64,000 bases of DNA from assembly GCA_008632985.1 (NCBI GenBank), contig QPGO01000150.1, positions 1 through 64,000 of the forward strand, given 5' to 3'. The notes beneath the pieces were generated by a model that was given only the letters and a program-made list of their open reading frames with translations, had not been told where the DNA came from and searched no databases. A program made the position numbers and the translations under genes. Positions within the stretch are counted from its first letter, which is position 1. The number at the start of each line of letters is the position of its first letter. The stretch comes from Psammoneis japonica. Lineage: Eukaryota. Positions 38,700 through 51,149 of the stretch are shown piece after piece.

Positions 38700-41600
38700 A
38701 GCGACATTGGATCTTATCATGTGACGTTCCACCCCCTCTGCCTTTCCCAGAACATTTGAGGAAGGGTCGTGTGGCGTTGCAGCGGATCCCTCTGGTTGAC
38801 CCACCATTCGCTCAACCCGATCCTGGGGCTCTTCCTTCAGCTGCCTCAGCTGCCGGCGGCTCGGCGGTGCATGAGCCGCCCCTCCCTCCAACAATCTCAC
38901 TCATCGAGCTTTGCTTTTGATCTTCAGCATCACATCACAGATGTCTCAGCATCATCGACATCCTCGGGTGCTGCCTCAGGCGGAAAATGTGCTCATTGCG
39001 AGAGGCACTCTTCGGAGGAGAAGATCCTCTTCTCTTGGGTCTGTGGAACAAAAGACGGGACAATGGAGGATGAGCTCTTCTTTGTGTTGGTCAATCAATG
39101 CCGGCGCTTCCCTGCTGCTCACCTGTTCTGCCATGCATTTCCTCTTGCACTCGTCATTGTCTGGACGACTTGGCTGTTCTCGCAGCTGAGCTGGGGAAAG
39201 TGAGCTGCTCGCCCCCTGTTTTTGAAATTGGTCGAGTCAACCCGCCCCCAATTTTGCCACTCCTTCCACAGCATTGGCAACCTTTGTTTAACAAACTTTT
39301 GCCAAATTTTCCTCAACTTGTTCATGAACGGAAATGAGGCCCATCATTGGCAGCATTGGCGGGACCCACAGCTCTTGTGGGACTCAGTTTTTGGCGGGGA
39401 ACTTTTTTCACACGACTGAGATCAGAGACCCCACATGACTGAGATCAGAGACCCCAGGGTCATCATCTGTTGAATGACAACCTGTCAACAAAGATTCTAT
39501 CACTCACAGGAGAGAAACCATCCCACCCGAGTTGTGTTGCACAGACAAATCCAACTGACAGCCTCGCCGACGCCAAGCCACTGCACGAATCATTGACATG
39601 ATCATTTTAGATCTAACAATGTAGATCTGCTCAGCAGTCGTTCGTGTCAAAAACATGCCATCCAATCAACCATGGGTGTCTCTTGCCACTTCCAAATGAC
39701 AAAGCACCTGTCCATTGTTCTCAGACAAGCATCTGTGCCGCGGCCACAACCACTGCCTCCAAAACCACCATCAGTGGCATCGGCATTGCGACCACCAGCA
39801 TCAAGCATGACACCGCCAATGAGGCCTGCTCAGCCTCCCACACCACCAGCACCAAGCATGTCACCGCCAATGCCACCCAATCGGCCTCCCACACCACCAG
39901 CGCCAAGCATGTCACCGCCAACATGGCCTGCTTGGTCTCACACCACCGGTCCGGCCTCCCACACCACCAGCATTGTCACCAATGCGGCCTGCCAGCGCGT
40001 CTTCCCCTGCCACCAATGCGGCCTGCTTGGCCTGCCACAGCACCATCACCCCTGCTGCTGTCATCCGAATGACCACCATGACACACATCGGGAGGCTGAT
40101 CACGGGACGGCTGTCGGTTGCAAGGCTGTCGCCACCAACACCATCAGTGCCGCCACCATCACTGCCATCGGACGATGTTCCACCATGGGACACAAAAGGA
40201 AGGCCACCACCACAGCCACATCCACACCCACTGCTGTCGGGGTGGCTGTTGGTTGCAATTCCTCCACCACAGCCACATCCGTGCTCACTGCTGTCATCCG
40301 AATGTCCACCACGACATCCATCATGGGAGGGCCAATCACGGGACGGCTGTCGGTTGCAAGGCTGTTGCCGCCAACACTGGTGCCACCACCATCACTGCTG
40401 TCAGACAATGTTCCACCATGGGGTGCAAAAGGAGGGCCACCACCAAGGCCACGTCCACGCTCACCACCCCTGACACCGCCACAGCCTGGACTGCCACCAG
40501 TGAATGTGCTGCCACCACCAATGCCAGCAAGACCAGAACCACTGTGACAACGAGCGAACCCTGCATGGCCGCGATGACCTCCATGTGGTGCACCACGTCT
40601 GCTGCTGCGGCGGGGTTGGTTAAATCCACTGCAGTGATTGCATGTGATGAAAAAGAATCCTGTCCTTCATCTCCAAGAACAAAAAGAGTGACAGCAATGA
40701 TGGGGTGAGATTGTTCAGTGACAAAAAAGGGCGTGTTGTGCTGGGCATGTCATCATGGTCTGATTCGGTGCATGCCTTGCATTCGACAAAGAGCATTGTG
40801 AGAAGAAGAGCATGCACCCAAAAAAGGCATTGGATTGGTTGCACCGGTGTGTGTTGGGATGCAGACAAAAAACAACATGCGCGTCATTCTGGCATTGGGC
40901 AGAAGGTTCTGGGTGTGGTGTTGCACATGTCGCAAGAGGGAAAATGTCATTCAGGTGTTGCAGGGAATGAAAGGGTGATGGATTTGATCTTGTGTCGTGG
41001 TTTGTGTGGTCGTGGATTCATGTGGTGCAGATTTGCAGTCATGAAAGACATTTTTATCATGTCATTGTCAACGTGTGTTGGTTCTTGTGAGGGGCAGTTA
41101 ACAGGATTGAGTGAGTCCCGCAGGAACGAATTGGGCAGAAAAATTGATCAGAAATCCCACGTGAAAAGGACGCAGAACAATGCATGGGGTGTCCACTTGA
41201 GGAGATCATGTGAAAAACATTTGGCAACTTTAACATGTGCAAAAAAAACAGAAAGAACAATGTCCGGAATGAAAAAAATTATGATGAATGAGTGTCTGCA
41301 CCGGTCATGGGGAGCAAAGATGACCTTGCATGCAAAAGTTCAAATGGATGAAGCTTTTTTGTCCAATCTGTGTAACTGCACAATGCGCAGATGCACAGAG
41401 CTGATGGCAATTTTGACAAATTCAGCCGATTCCTGATGCACCGGCAGAGCCATGCAGGCACATGCCAGTGTTTTGGGAACCGGCCGTCACGTTCCCGGAG
41501 TGAGCGACACACATGACATGACGCTGGAGGGTCATTTCTGGCTCGTAGAAATCTGCATGTTGTCTGGCATTGAAATTCAAAAAGTGCTCTCGACCCAACG

Positions 41601-44526
41601 GTGGTTCCTGCACATGCTGGCTGTGACAATGTTGTGCAGGTCAACAGCACATGACGTTGCAGAGTTCAATTGTGTTTGACTTGCACAAACTGACACTGAA
41701 TGGCAAAATGTGTGCATTGAATGAACAAACACACAAACGGAACTGCCCAACTAAAACAAACACACATCTGTGTGCACTGATGACATGGATGTAATGAAGC
41801 AAACCCATGAAACGACACCACCATCATTGGAGGCCGTCACCATCGACAATGGCATCTTCCAGCGGTCCTGCAACAAGAACACACCACCAGGATCACTCAA
41901 TGGAGAGCCACATCAATGCACTCCATTGATCTCTGTTGCATCAGTCCTCCAACTGACAGGTTCCTGTGGAAACCGGTCAGTCACGTGGACGCGTCCTCAC
42001 CTTTGGGTGCACCTTGGCCTTTGCCTCGGCGCACCCTCAGGTTCAGCTGCTCCGGCCTCCGTGGAATTTGCATGGGAGAACCGGTGCTCAGTCTGTCGGC
42101 TTCGTGACCGGTTCCGATGACCTCAGCTGATGCTTTGGTCATTCCCGCGCAAATTCCGCATCGGCCGGCCAGTGACTGAATGGTTTCCATGCAGAGCTGT
42201 TGCAATGGGCTTCGCTGAAAGACAGACCCAGTTTCACCTTGGTCTCTCTCTCACAACTTTGTCATCACTCAAGGGTGGTTGGTTGCTGCTTTGCATGATT
42301 TTTCCTGAATTTCACCGTGCTTCACCGTGGTGAAAACAACAAGCCACAAGTCTGTGACGGAGGTGGTCCATCTCCCAACTCTCATTTATTTTGTGTTTGT
42401 CATGTGTCAAAGATTGCATGCACATGAAAAGTTGGCAGACGGCAAACTGCATTTTTGAGAAATGTCAATGATTGTCATCATCATCGTGCTTCGATCGCGG
42501 TGTTGATGGCTCTCGTTTTTGTGCGTGATCAGGTGTGACCATGAATGATTCTTGCATTCAAAAATGAACACTGCAAAAAACCTCATTCAAATGCAACGGC
42601 AATTTTGGGACAAACGCGGGGATGACCCCCCTTGAGGATGGATCTGCGTGCTGCGGTCTGTTTTTTGGGAGCTCACAATTTTTGTAAAAATGACCCGGAG
42701 ATGCACCGCAGCAAATGCACGCGCGTCAGCAAAAAAAATTTCAGTGATGGGTCAAACTTTGTCCGTTCGCCAGACACCCTAGAATGCTTGAACGACAGGT
42801 GTGACCATGTGCGACTTTGACCTCAACAACTGCAGACATCATGTCCACAGCCAGTCAAATGCCACTCATCGGCATTTCCCGGAAAGTTGCCACTTGTCTC
42901 CCATGAGAAGCCCGATTTGAGCAAAAATTGGCGGTTTTTCCAACCTGACAACAGGGCACAGGTCGATGAGTGGCATTTGAAGCGCCAAATGTGCAGCTCT
43001 CACAGCCATCTGACAGCCCCTGTGTGAGGGTTTGACGAGCACACAAGTGTTCGGGGGTGTTCCGAGGCAGGTCAAAATGACATGGTGAAGTGCAGGAAAT
43101 GTGAGCCATTTTAAATTAGACCACAGCACGCAGATCCATCCTCAAGTCTTTGTCTCGTTAGACCTTCCACTGATTGACTGAACGTGAGAAAAGAGAGCTG
43201 CGAGCAAGAGCAGCACTTGGGTGATTGACCACCAGAAACAAGTGCAGCAACGCAAACGACACAAACAGAATTTGGCAAGCCGAGTGCATCATTTGGAATC
43301 AAAGGCATGGTCCTTGGAGAGGACTGTTTCACAATTGCACTCCACATTGCATGATGAGTGACTTGTTGACTCTTTACCACAGCGACACGCGCGCGTTTTT
43401 TTTTTCGTGCTGCGCAACGCAGAGCACCAACAAAAAAGACAACCAACATGGCACGTCGCCGTTCCGAGTCATTGCAACAGACAGCACCCCCATGCCATGC
43501 GGGGTGATCGTTGACACGGTAAAGTGCATTGTCATGGCTTGGTTTGGTTTGTTGTTGCGTTGGCGTTGTTTTTTCACGTCTTCACTTGCCGGCTGTCGTA
43601 TCGGCATTTCTTGCATTGTGTCATGCGCGACCGACCGAAACCAACAGAATCGGTGTTGTCGTTTCATCGTCTGCAGGACGGAATCTGGTGGAATGTCAAA
43701 CAAACAGGTGAGCACACATCACAGCACCATTGTTCTGTAGTGTCAGATTGTCCTTTTTAGCATTTCACATTCCCTCAGCTAACCCTTGCTTTTTGTGCCA
43801 CTGTTTCTTGCTTTTCACAAAGACAACAGAAAGGCACGTCGACGTTCGGAGTCATTACAATCAACTGCACCCCGACACCATGCTGGGTGATTGTCAACAT
43901 GGCAAGGTGTGTTGTGACAGCTTGGATTGGGTTGTTGTTGTGTTTTTGATGCGTTTTCAATTCGTGGTTTCTCACCGGCTCTTATCGGCATTTCTTGCAT
44001 CGCGACAGGTGTGACCGACCGAGGCTGACAGAATCGGCATTGTTGTTTTCGGCATCCTGCTGACAAAATCTGGTGGAATGTCAACAAATGGGCAAGCCTG
44101 CAACACAACACTGTTGTTCTGTTGATTGTGAAACCCAACAAGGAAACACTGGCTTGTTGCAGTTGAGGATTCGAAAGCAATCCGTCGCCCAGAGTGCCCC
44201 ATCTTTGACTTTGGAGACTCGAGTCCTGGAGCCAGCTTGAAAGAAGAAAGCTCGTACATGACTGTGAAATGACAACTCCATGTAGCTAAAAATTAAAGAC
44301 CTGTCACTGTGTGCCATTTGTTGTTGTTGACAAACATGCATCAGTGCGCAGTGCCGAGAAACAAAGAACATGCTTTAGCGCGTGATGCCGAGGTGTGACA
44401 TGAAATGCATTGAGCAATGAACAACAACGGAAGAGACGACAACATAAACTCACTTTAAAAAAAAGCAAACAAAAGCTTGCCTGCATCCATCGCTTTTGCC
44501 CCCCCCATCCACATTTCAAATCCAAC
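38700..44526. repeat. TpA-depleted degenerate repeat region, including a Pro/Gly-rich low-complexity tract (39700-40550) and ~380-bp degenerate tandem units (43450-44120)
   Basis: TA scarcity and TG/CA excess; repeated segments at 40098/40335 and 43450/43833; 20-bp tandem GACTGAGATCAGAGACCCCA at 39414 and 39437. Confidence 0.6.
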
Positions 44527-44728
44527 TGTGATTTGATTGCAGCTGTTCTGCTGTTGTGACAATCAAAGGGCTAAGAAAATTGTGTGTTAAAATAGAATGT
44601 GAACTTTTAAAGTGCGTGGTTGGTCTCTTGTCGGAAGCAAGTGCGTCAGCAAAGAATCTGGCTCTTGAATCAAGTTCAAGGACTAGGACAGTTTGCCTGT
44701 CTGTCCGTTTGACCCTAGATTCATCACA
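44527..44728 (-). repeat. Copia 3' LTR
   Basis: Differs from 50341-50542 at 7 nt in 5 dinucleotide sites; abuts the PPT. Confidence 0.95.
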
Positions 44729-47700
44729 CTCCCTCTCAAGAGCCAATGCAGCGTTGTTTCCTCACCAACCAAGCATGAACTTTCGATGCCGAACGAGCAA
44801 CTCTAGTGACAAAGGCTTGGTCAAGCAATCTGCAGGCTGAGCCTCGGTGTCAATTTTCACTGTCTCAATCTGTCCGCTCTGGACATGTGACCGGAAGTGG
44901 TGCAACTTGACATTGAGATGCTTTGTGCGAGGTCGGTGCTTGTGGACTCGCGCCATCTCTAGCGCACCGCTGTTGTCCTCGAACACTCTGCAATGGATCT
45001 TGGGTTCCGCTCGATCGATCGGAAAACCCTCTGCTTTCAATTCTTTCAGCATCTCCATCAAAGGGATCGCCTCTCGCAGGCACAGCTCAGTCCCGTGTGT
45101 TCGCTCTCAGTTGAAGAGAGACATGTTTCTCCCTGTAATTGGGATTTCCACGTGACCGGACATCCACCGTACATGATGACATGTCCATGTCTGGACCTTG
45201 CAGTGTCTGGATTCGAAGTGTCACTCTTGTCGAAGTTCCCCGCAAAATCCGCATCCACATAAACCTCGAGTTCCTTGGACTTGGTTGGCCGCATGACAAT
45301 TCCTTTGTCCCTCGTTCCCATGAGATGCCTGCCAACCACCTGATTGCCTCACCGTGCTCGACTTTTGGAGCTGCTGTGAACCTCGCGCACTGGTGAATTG
45401 TGCACGAACAGTCGCTTTGGGTGCCACGCTCCAAGCAATTCAATTTTCCAATCATGCTCCGGTGGTCGAAGCTGTTGTCAAAGTCTTCTGAGTCTTGGTG
45501 TCGACCCAAAATCACGGATGATGCAGCTGGAGTGTCTTTCGTCTTGGTGTTCTTCTGGAAGTTCAGTTGCTCCAGAATTTGATCGACAAGGTGAGGTTGC
45601 GTCAGATGCATCGTCCCGTCCGCTTTCCTGTCGACATTCACCCCAAGAAAATCTTGAATGTCGCCTTCCTCCATTGTGTTTAGGTCTGCGCTTCGCACAT
45701 CTTTCACGACTTGATCAAGCTCCTTTTTGTCTGGACCAGCAAGCAAAGAATCATCCGTGTGGAGGACGTGTGTGCACTTTCCTCGGAAGAAGACGCACTC
45801 ATCATATTTCGACTGCTTGAAGCCAAGCTTGTTGACAAGTTTGTCCACGAGACAGTCGTTCCACACTCGGCCAGCTTGTTTCTGACCGTGTGCATTTCGA
45901 TGGAGTTCGAGTGCACAGTCCTCCGAGTTGCCATCTTCTACCTTGAATCCCTTGGGAATTTTCATGTGGATCTCTCGCTCGACTGGGGCCTGCGGAAACG
46001 CCAGCACGCAATCGAGTTGCTTGGTGTGCCAATTGTTCATGGCTGAGAGAATTGGCAGCATTCGGATCGAGCTCCACGAGGCTGCAGGTGCGCATGTCCT
46101 GTCCGGATCGTAGTGAATTGACTTTTTCATCCTTGACCCGTCGATGTTGAGCCTCACCTTGTACTTTTTGACTTTTCTCGTCTTGATGTCGCGTTTCCGC
46201 TTCATTTGCCACACTGCAGGCAATGCTGTGGCATCCTTGGGGATCTCGGAAATGTGTCTCACCGAGAAGTTTCGGCCCCCGATCTGATCTTGGAATTCTT
46301 TTTCCATCGCCTTGACGAACTCCTTCGCATCTTTTTCCTTCATCGCTTCGTGGTGGTGCATGGCATCTGGGTCCGCCGTCGACTTGCAGGCATGCAAGGG
46401 ATCTTCTTCGGACAACTCTTGTTGAGGACAGAGAGATTCGAATCCGAAGATCTCTCCCTCCATCTCTCCAATGCATTCTTCAGCTCTCGCTGGCGACTCG
46501 GCGGCACATCTTGGGTTCGGTCCACTGACACGTCCCGATCTGGTCGTCACCAGAGGTGCGTCGCGTTGCGCTGCGTCTTGTTGTTGTGCTGGAGCTTCCA
46601 CGTTAGTAGCGCGCTGTGGGTCTGCCTCCTGAGCACTGGTTGGGAGGTTGCCATCCTCCCTCTGAGTTGGCGATTGTTCTCGCCTTGTGTTCCATTCAAG
46701 CTCGACCCATCAGGCTCTTGGTCTGTTGGTCGGCTGTCGTCGGCACTCAACCACATGGGTTGTTCCCCAGAGGATTTTCGTTTTCTCCTCTTCTTGTGGC
46801 TCTTCTTGTTCGTGAGCCTCACGCTGTTTTCGCGTTTTCTGTTGTTGGGGGTCTCGGATGCTCCGTCAGCCAGGCCATCGGCTGGTGGATCTTCAAAGCC
46901 TGCTTTGGCCTTCCATCCGATCTTCCAGCGCTCTTGTTGCGCCATGTGAAAACTCGGGTCGAATCTTACATGGAATTGTGGGCTCACTCGTCCTGTTTCG
47001 ATGTCGAGGACAAGCGCCACGTTTCGGCAGTGCACTGGCGATTGGCCAAGGTAAATTCCCACGTTGGACCTTTGCTTCCACTTGTTGAAAATGTTTCCCG
47101 TCTGAAGTGCTTCTTCTAGCACTGCCACAGGACACCCAAAAGGGTGACAGTGTTTTGAGTTTACATCCACTGCGGATGAAGTGAACAGCTGGCATGCACT
47201 TCGGCTCGCTGGATCTTTCAGCAGCGGCGTCTGTTCAGCGCTTGATTTGCCATTCGCAATGCGCACGGCCAGAGGTGAGGCGAGATGGCTTGTGGCCACC
47301 TCTTGTTCGCGTGAATCAACTGCGTTCTCGCCAGGTCTTGCAGATCTCGTATTTTCTTCTCTGCAATTCCATTTTGATGATGCGCATTCACTCCGGCAAA
47401 GGCAAGTCCCTGCCTTTGTTCTCGAACTGCGTTCACCCATGCCTTCGCCTTGAAAATGCCGTTGTCAGCATGACAGTGTCGGATTTTGATTCCACTTTCT
47501 TCTGCACGCTGCTCAAATGCTCTCTTCCCTCTCAACGTCTCTTCAGCAGAGCTCGTTTGCTGGAGGCACACGCATCCGTAGCCTGTGGCTTGGTCAACGT
47601 GCACAGTCGCACAATTGCAGCGGTTTTTGGCAAGTGTCCCCGTGTTCTGTGCTGCTGGTCCAGGTGTGCTCGAGACCAGCATGTCGACTGACACGACTTG

Positions 47701-50340
47701 TCCCGGTCTCGTAGGTGCAATTTTGTCCCACTCTTTTCGGTCCTTGGTCTCCATGGGCGCTTTGTTTGCTTCCCACAAAGGCATGCCGAGCAGACTGGGA
47801 CTGGGCACTTGGCCAGCGTGGGATCGATGAGCCTCATTTTCGCCATCTGTTGCAGGCGCTTGAATGATGTGTGACTGAATTTGTGATGCAGCTTCAGCAG
47901 TTTGGTGGTTTTTGTTTCTTCACCTCCATCTTGTCTGTCTTCCTTGTCTGGAACAACTGCCGCCGGACTGTCTTCATCCTTCTCCCCTTGCAGATCAAAT
48001 TCGGTCTGCCGTGGGGCGGCCCAGTCGATGGGTTGGGCCGCGGTGTCCAATGAGTGTAGACCTGCTTTTTGAAGGTGGGATTCTGAGAGCGTTTCGTCGT
48101 CAGCCTCGTCATCGCTAACAAGGTGAGCTTCAGAATCGTGTGCGATCATAGGATCGTCCTCGTCGTTCGCTGAAATTTTTGCCTCTTGACAGAAAGCATC
48201 ATATTTGGAGCAGCCGGGAGCCAGGGCGAACGTGGCGACGTTTGATTTCGTTTTGTCGATCGGTGTGGTTAGCTTGTGCGAATGTTGGCTCCAATGCAAA
48301 ACCGTTGCGCAATGGTTGGTGGTCTCCCCTGTCCCGCCAACGCGTCTTTTTGAGATTGCGCCCAGTGTTGTGGACTGAGCAGTCGCGCATCCTCGTCCGT
48401 GGGCACGTAGAACGAGTTGGGGATGCAAAACTTGTGTCGTTTTCCAGTGTCGTCTAACCAGCTCCATACGATTGTGCCAATCATAACTCCTTTCGTTCGT
48501 GTTCCTCCGAAACCCTTGATGTGGCGATTCGATTGTCGCAGTGGGCCTTCGAAATCTTCGATGAACGAAGAAATGCATCCGGAACAGCGATTGTCAACGC
48601 CGACCGGGCCTCCATCAGTGTCGAAAACGACGTTGTTCGTGCGTGCTGGGCAGGTCTGAGCTTTGAATGCCAAAGCCGTGCATGCGGTCCATGCATTGCG
48701 AATGCCTCGTGCCAAGTTCCATCGAGTGCACTTGCGGCGTCGACACTTCACGATTGCTCCCTCTAGGGAGCGAATCCGTGCTCGCATGGCTTGTGCCTCT
48801 TTCCCGTTCGGGCTGCTCTCCCCCGTCCACACAGGATTAACGAGTTTTCGGCGCTGTCGGGATCGATCTCGGCGTTCATGACGACTCTTGTTCCTAGATT
48901 TTTGTCGGTTCATCGGATTGGGCCGGATTGGTGAAAGGCAGGCTAGAATGTGCAGCAATGGCGACCAGATCGTCTTGTGGGACTCATGGGCTGCTCCCGT
49001 CAATCGCCTCCTCCATGTGGGTGACGTTGATGGTCATTCCGCATCCGAAGATGAATCGTCTCCGCCGTTCTTGATCGCTTCCATAGCTTGTGAAATGCGG
49101 ACGGCATTCTTCGTCGCACCGCGCTGCTCGTTGTCTTCTTCATCCCTCTTGGGAATGAATCCGAGTCCTTTGCAATCCTTGGGATGGTGAATTCGCCACT
49201 TTCCACCACATTTTCCTCCAGTGATCTTGTCACACCAATGGCACGGCTTGCCTTTCCACACGACGGGGATCTTTTCTTTACCCTTCGCCGGTGGTTTGGT
49301 GGGACCCTTCTCCCTGCGATGCCTTTTCGAGGGCTCGCGTCGTTTCTTCTTGTGAGCCTTTTTCTTTTTCTCAAGGCTCGCAATCTTGGCTGACAGAGCA
49401 ATGATCTGCTCCTCTTGAGGATCGGGAGCATTCCATTCTCCACTTTAATTCATCATCTTGAAGCGCTCGTTTGCCACATTCATGATGTCTTCAGGAGTCA
49501 TGTCTTGTCCCTCATCACACTGCTCCTTCTTCCTGCCAATGCAGTCAACGAACTTCTTGTCCGATGCGTTGGCACATCCCTTGAAGAGGTTTGCCAACAA
49601 GTCTTCTGCAGTCTCCCCTCGCGCGGCAAGCGCCTTCGTCATCATGAGCACACACTGATTGAATTTTGTGATGTCCGAGTTGATCGTATGAACACACTTG
49701 TCCAGTGATGACAACTTGGATCTGATGCTGGACGTTTTCGCATTCGAATCGAGATGGCTCTCGCGAATGATGACCTTGAGGAGCAGACACGCAGATGGAC
49801 GTTTCTGTTGGATGGGATCTCCTTCCCTTGGCTGGAGCATGCACTCCTTCTTGTGCATCAAGATCTTGTTCAGTGCCTGGGTGTCAAGACTCGCCATCAG
49901 ACACGAATGGAACACATGATTGTCCTGTGTCGCACGTCCTTCTTCGAAGAGGTGAGCTCTCTCGTGTTGCTCAATTTGTTCCACAGTGAGCTGTCCGCAG
50001 TTGTCCACCAGACAAACACGATCACTGTCTTGCTCTTCGGGGTTCAAGTCGACCAGCAGAATGGACAATTCACACTCGTCGTTGTTCCATCCGCAATCGC
50101 CCGCACGTTTGTCAATTGCCTCCAGAAACGAGAACAAACTATCTGGCGTGCAGTCGAACAACTCTTCACTGAGTTTGTACGTCGCTCTTTCGTAGAGCTT
50201 CCTTCCAGATGTTCTCCGACAGTCGATTGCGCCGGTCATGGCGCCCGCTGGCGTGAATGCAAATGGGACATCCTCTCCAGCAGCTGATGCGCTGCTGTCA
50301 GAATCCGCCATGGTGCAATCAGCTCAGCGCAGAGGAAGCG

Positions 50341-50542
50341 TGTGATTTGATTGTAGCCATTCTGCTGTTGTGACAATCAAAGGGCTAAGAAAATTGTGTG
50401 TTAAAATAGAATGTGAACTTTTAAAGTGCGCAGTTGGTCTCTTGTCGGAAGCAAGTGCGTCAGCAAAGAATCTGGCTCTTGAATCAAGTTCAAGGACTGG
50501 GACAGTTCGCCTGTCTGTCCGTTTGACCCTAGATTCATCACA
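50341..50542 (-). repeat. Copia 5' LTR
   Basis: Direct repeat of 44527-44728; abuts the PBS and gag ATG (50311). Confidence 0.95.
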
Positions 50543-51149
50543 TCCAACAGCATCAACACGACAACCGTTTCCAAAAATGTTCTTTCCAAAGGAAGAGCGA
50601 CTTCTTAAAAAGTGCCAGGTGTCCTTGCCATTCCTGCAGCATCTGCACTGACACCTGCATCCAAGCGACAGGCATTGCTGTGACAGTCTGCTGCCACGCC
50701 ATCAACAGCACTGCACTCTCTATTTTAATTCTGATGCAACAAATGAGCGCAGCCAGAAACACGCGTTGGTGTGTGATGCCAAGACATTGCATGAAATGTG
50801 TCGAGTGACAAATGACAACAACGCAAGAGACAGCAATGTAACTTGCTTTGGTGTTGAAACAAAAGATTGCCTGCATCTCTTTCGCCCCCCTTCTATGATT
50901 CAAAGCACAATTCACAGTTGTGATGTCTCAAACAGCGGAACAACAGTGACGCTTTGAATGCAGTCAAATTGCTGCAGCAGAAGAAGCGGCAACAACAGGA
51001 AGCATGTCATCAAACATCAAAAATGCAATTGGACGATAGAAGACATCACCCACTGTGGTGATTCTGTCACAACGGCGAAGACAATCACATCATGAAGGCT
51101 GTTTGCGTCGATGTGGTGTGAAAAAAATGTGCGTCCGCACGACCGCGCA

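Larger units (their letters stand above)
44527..50542 (-). mobile_element. Full-length Ty1/Copia LTR retrotransposon (CoDi-like), inactivated
   Basis: 202-bp LTRs TG...CA at 44527-44728 and 50341-50542; 6-bp TSD TCCAAC (44521-44526, 50543-50548); PBS 50318-50340; PPT GAGAGGGAG 44729-44737; order gag (FAFTPA; WC..C..H..C knuckle), PR (VDNRCSG), IN (HHKFSH..C..C, VSVD, ADNG, HHQNGIAE), RT (GQKQAGRVW, HTDD), RH (YVDADFAG, EDNSGA, ADCLTKPL). Confidence 0.95.

Noticed and set aside
38223..39456. Short direct repeats as a CRISPR-like array
   Set aside because: Only two copies each, no repeat-spacer periodicity, no cas genes, eukaryotic context.
39672..40547. 291-aa proline-rich ORF as a formin/extensin-like gene
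   Set aside because: Low-complexity tract in the hypermutated block, open in several frames, with no associated domain; true strand and frame cannot be determined.
50318..50345. tRNA gene
   Set aside because: Only about 23 nt of tRNA-like sequence abutting the LTR; interpreted as the PBS.
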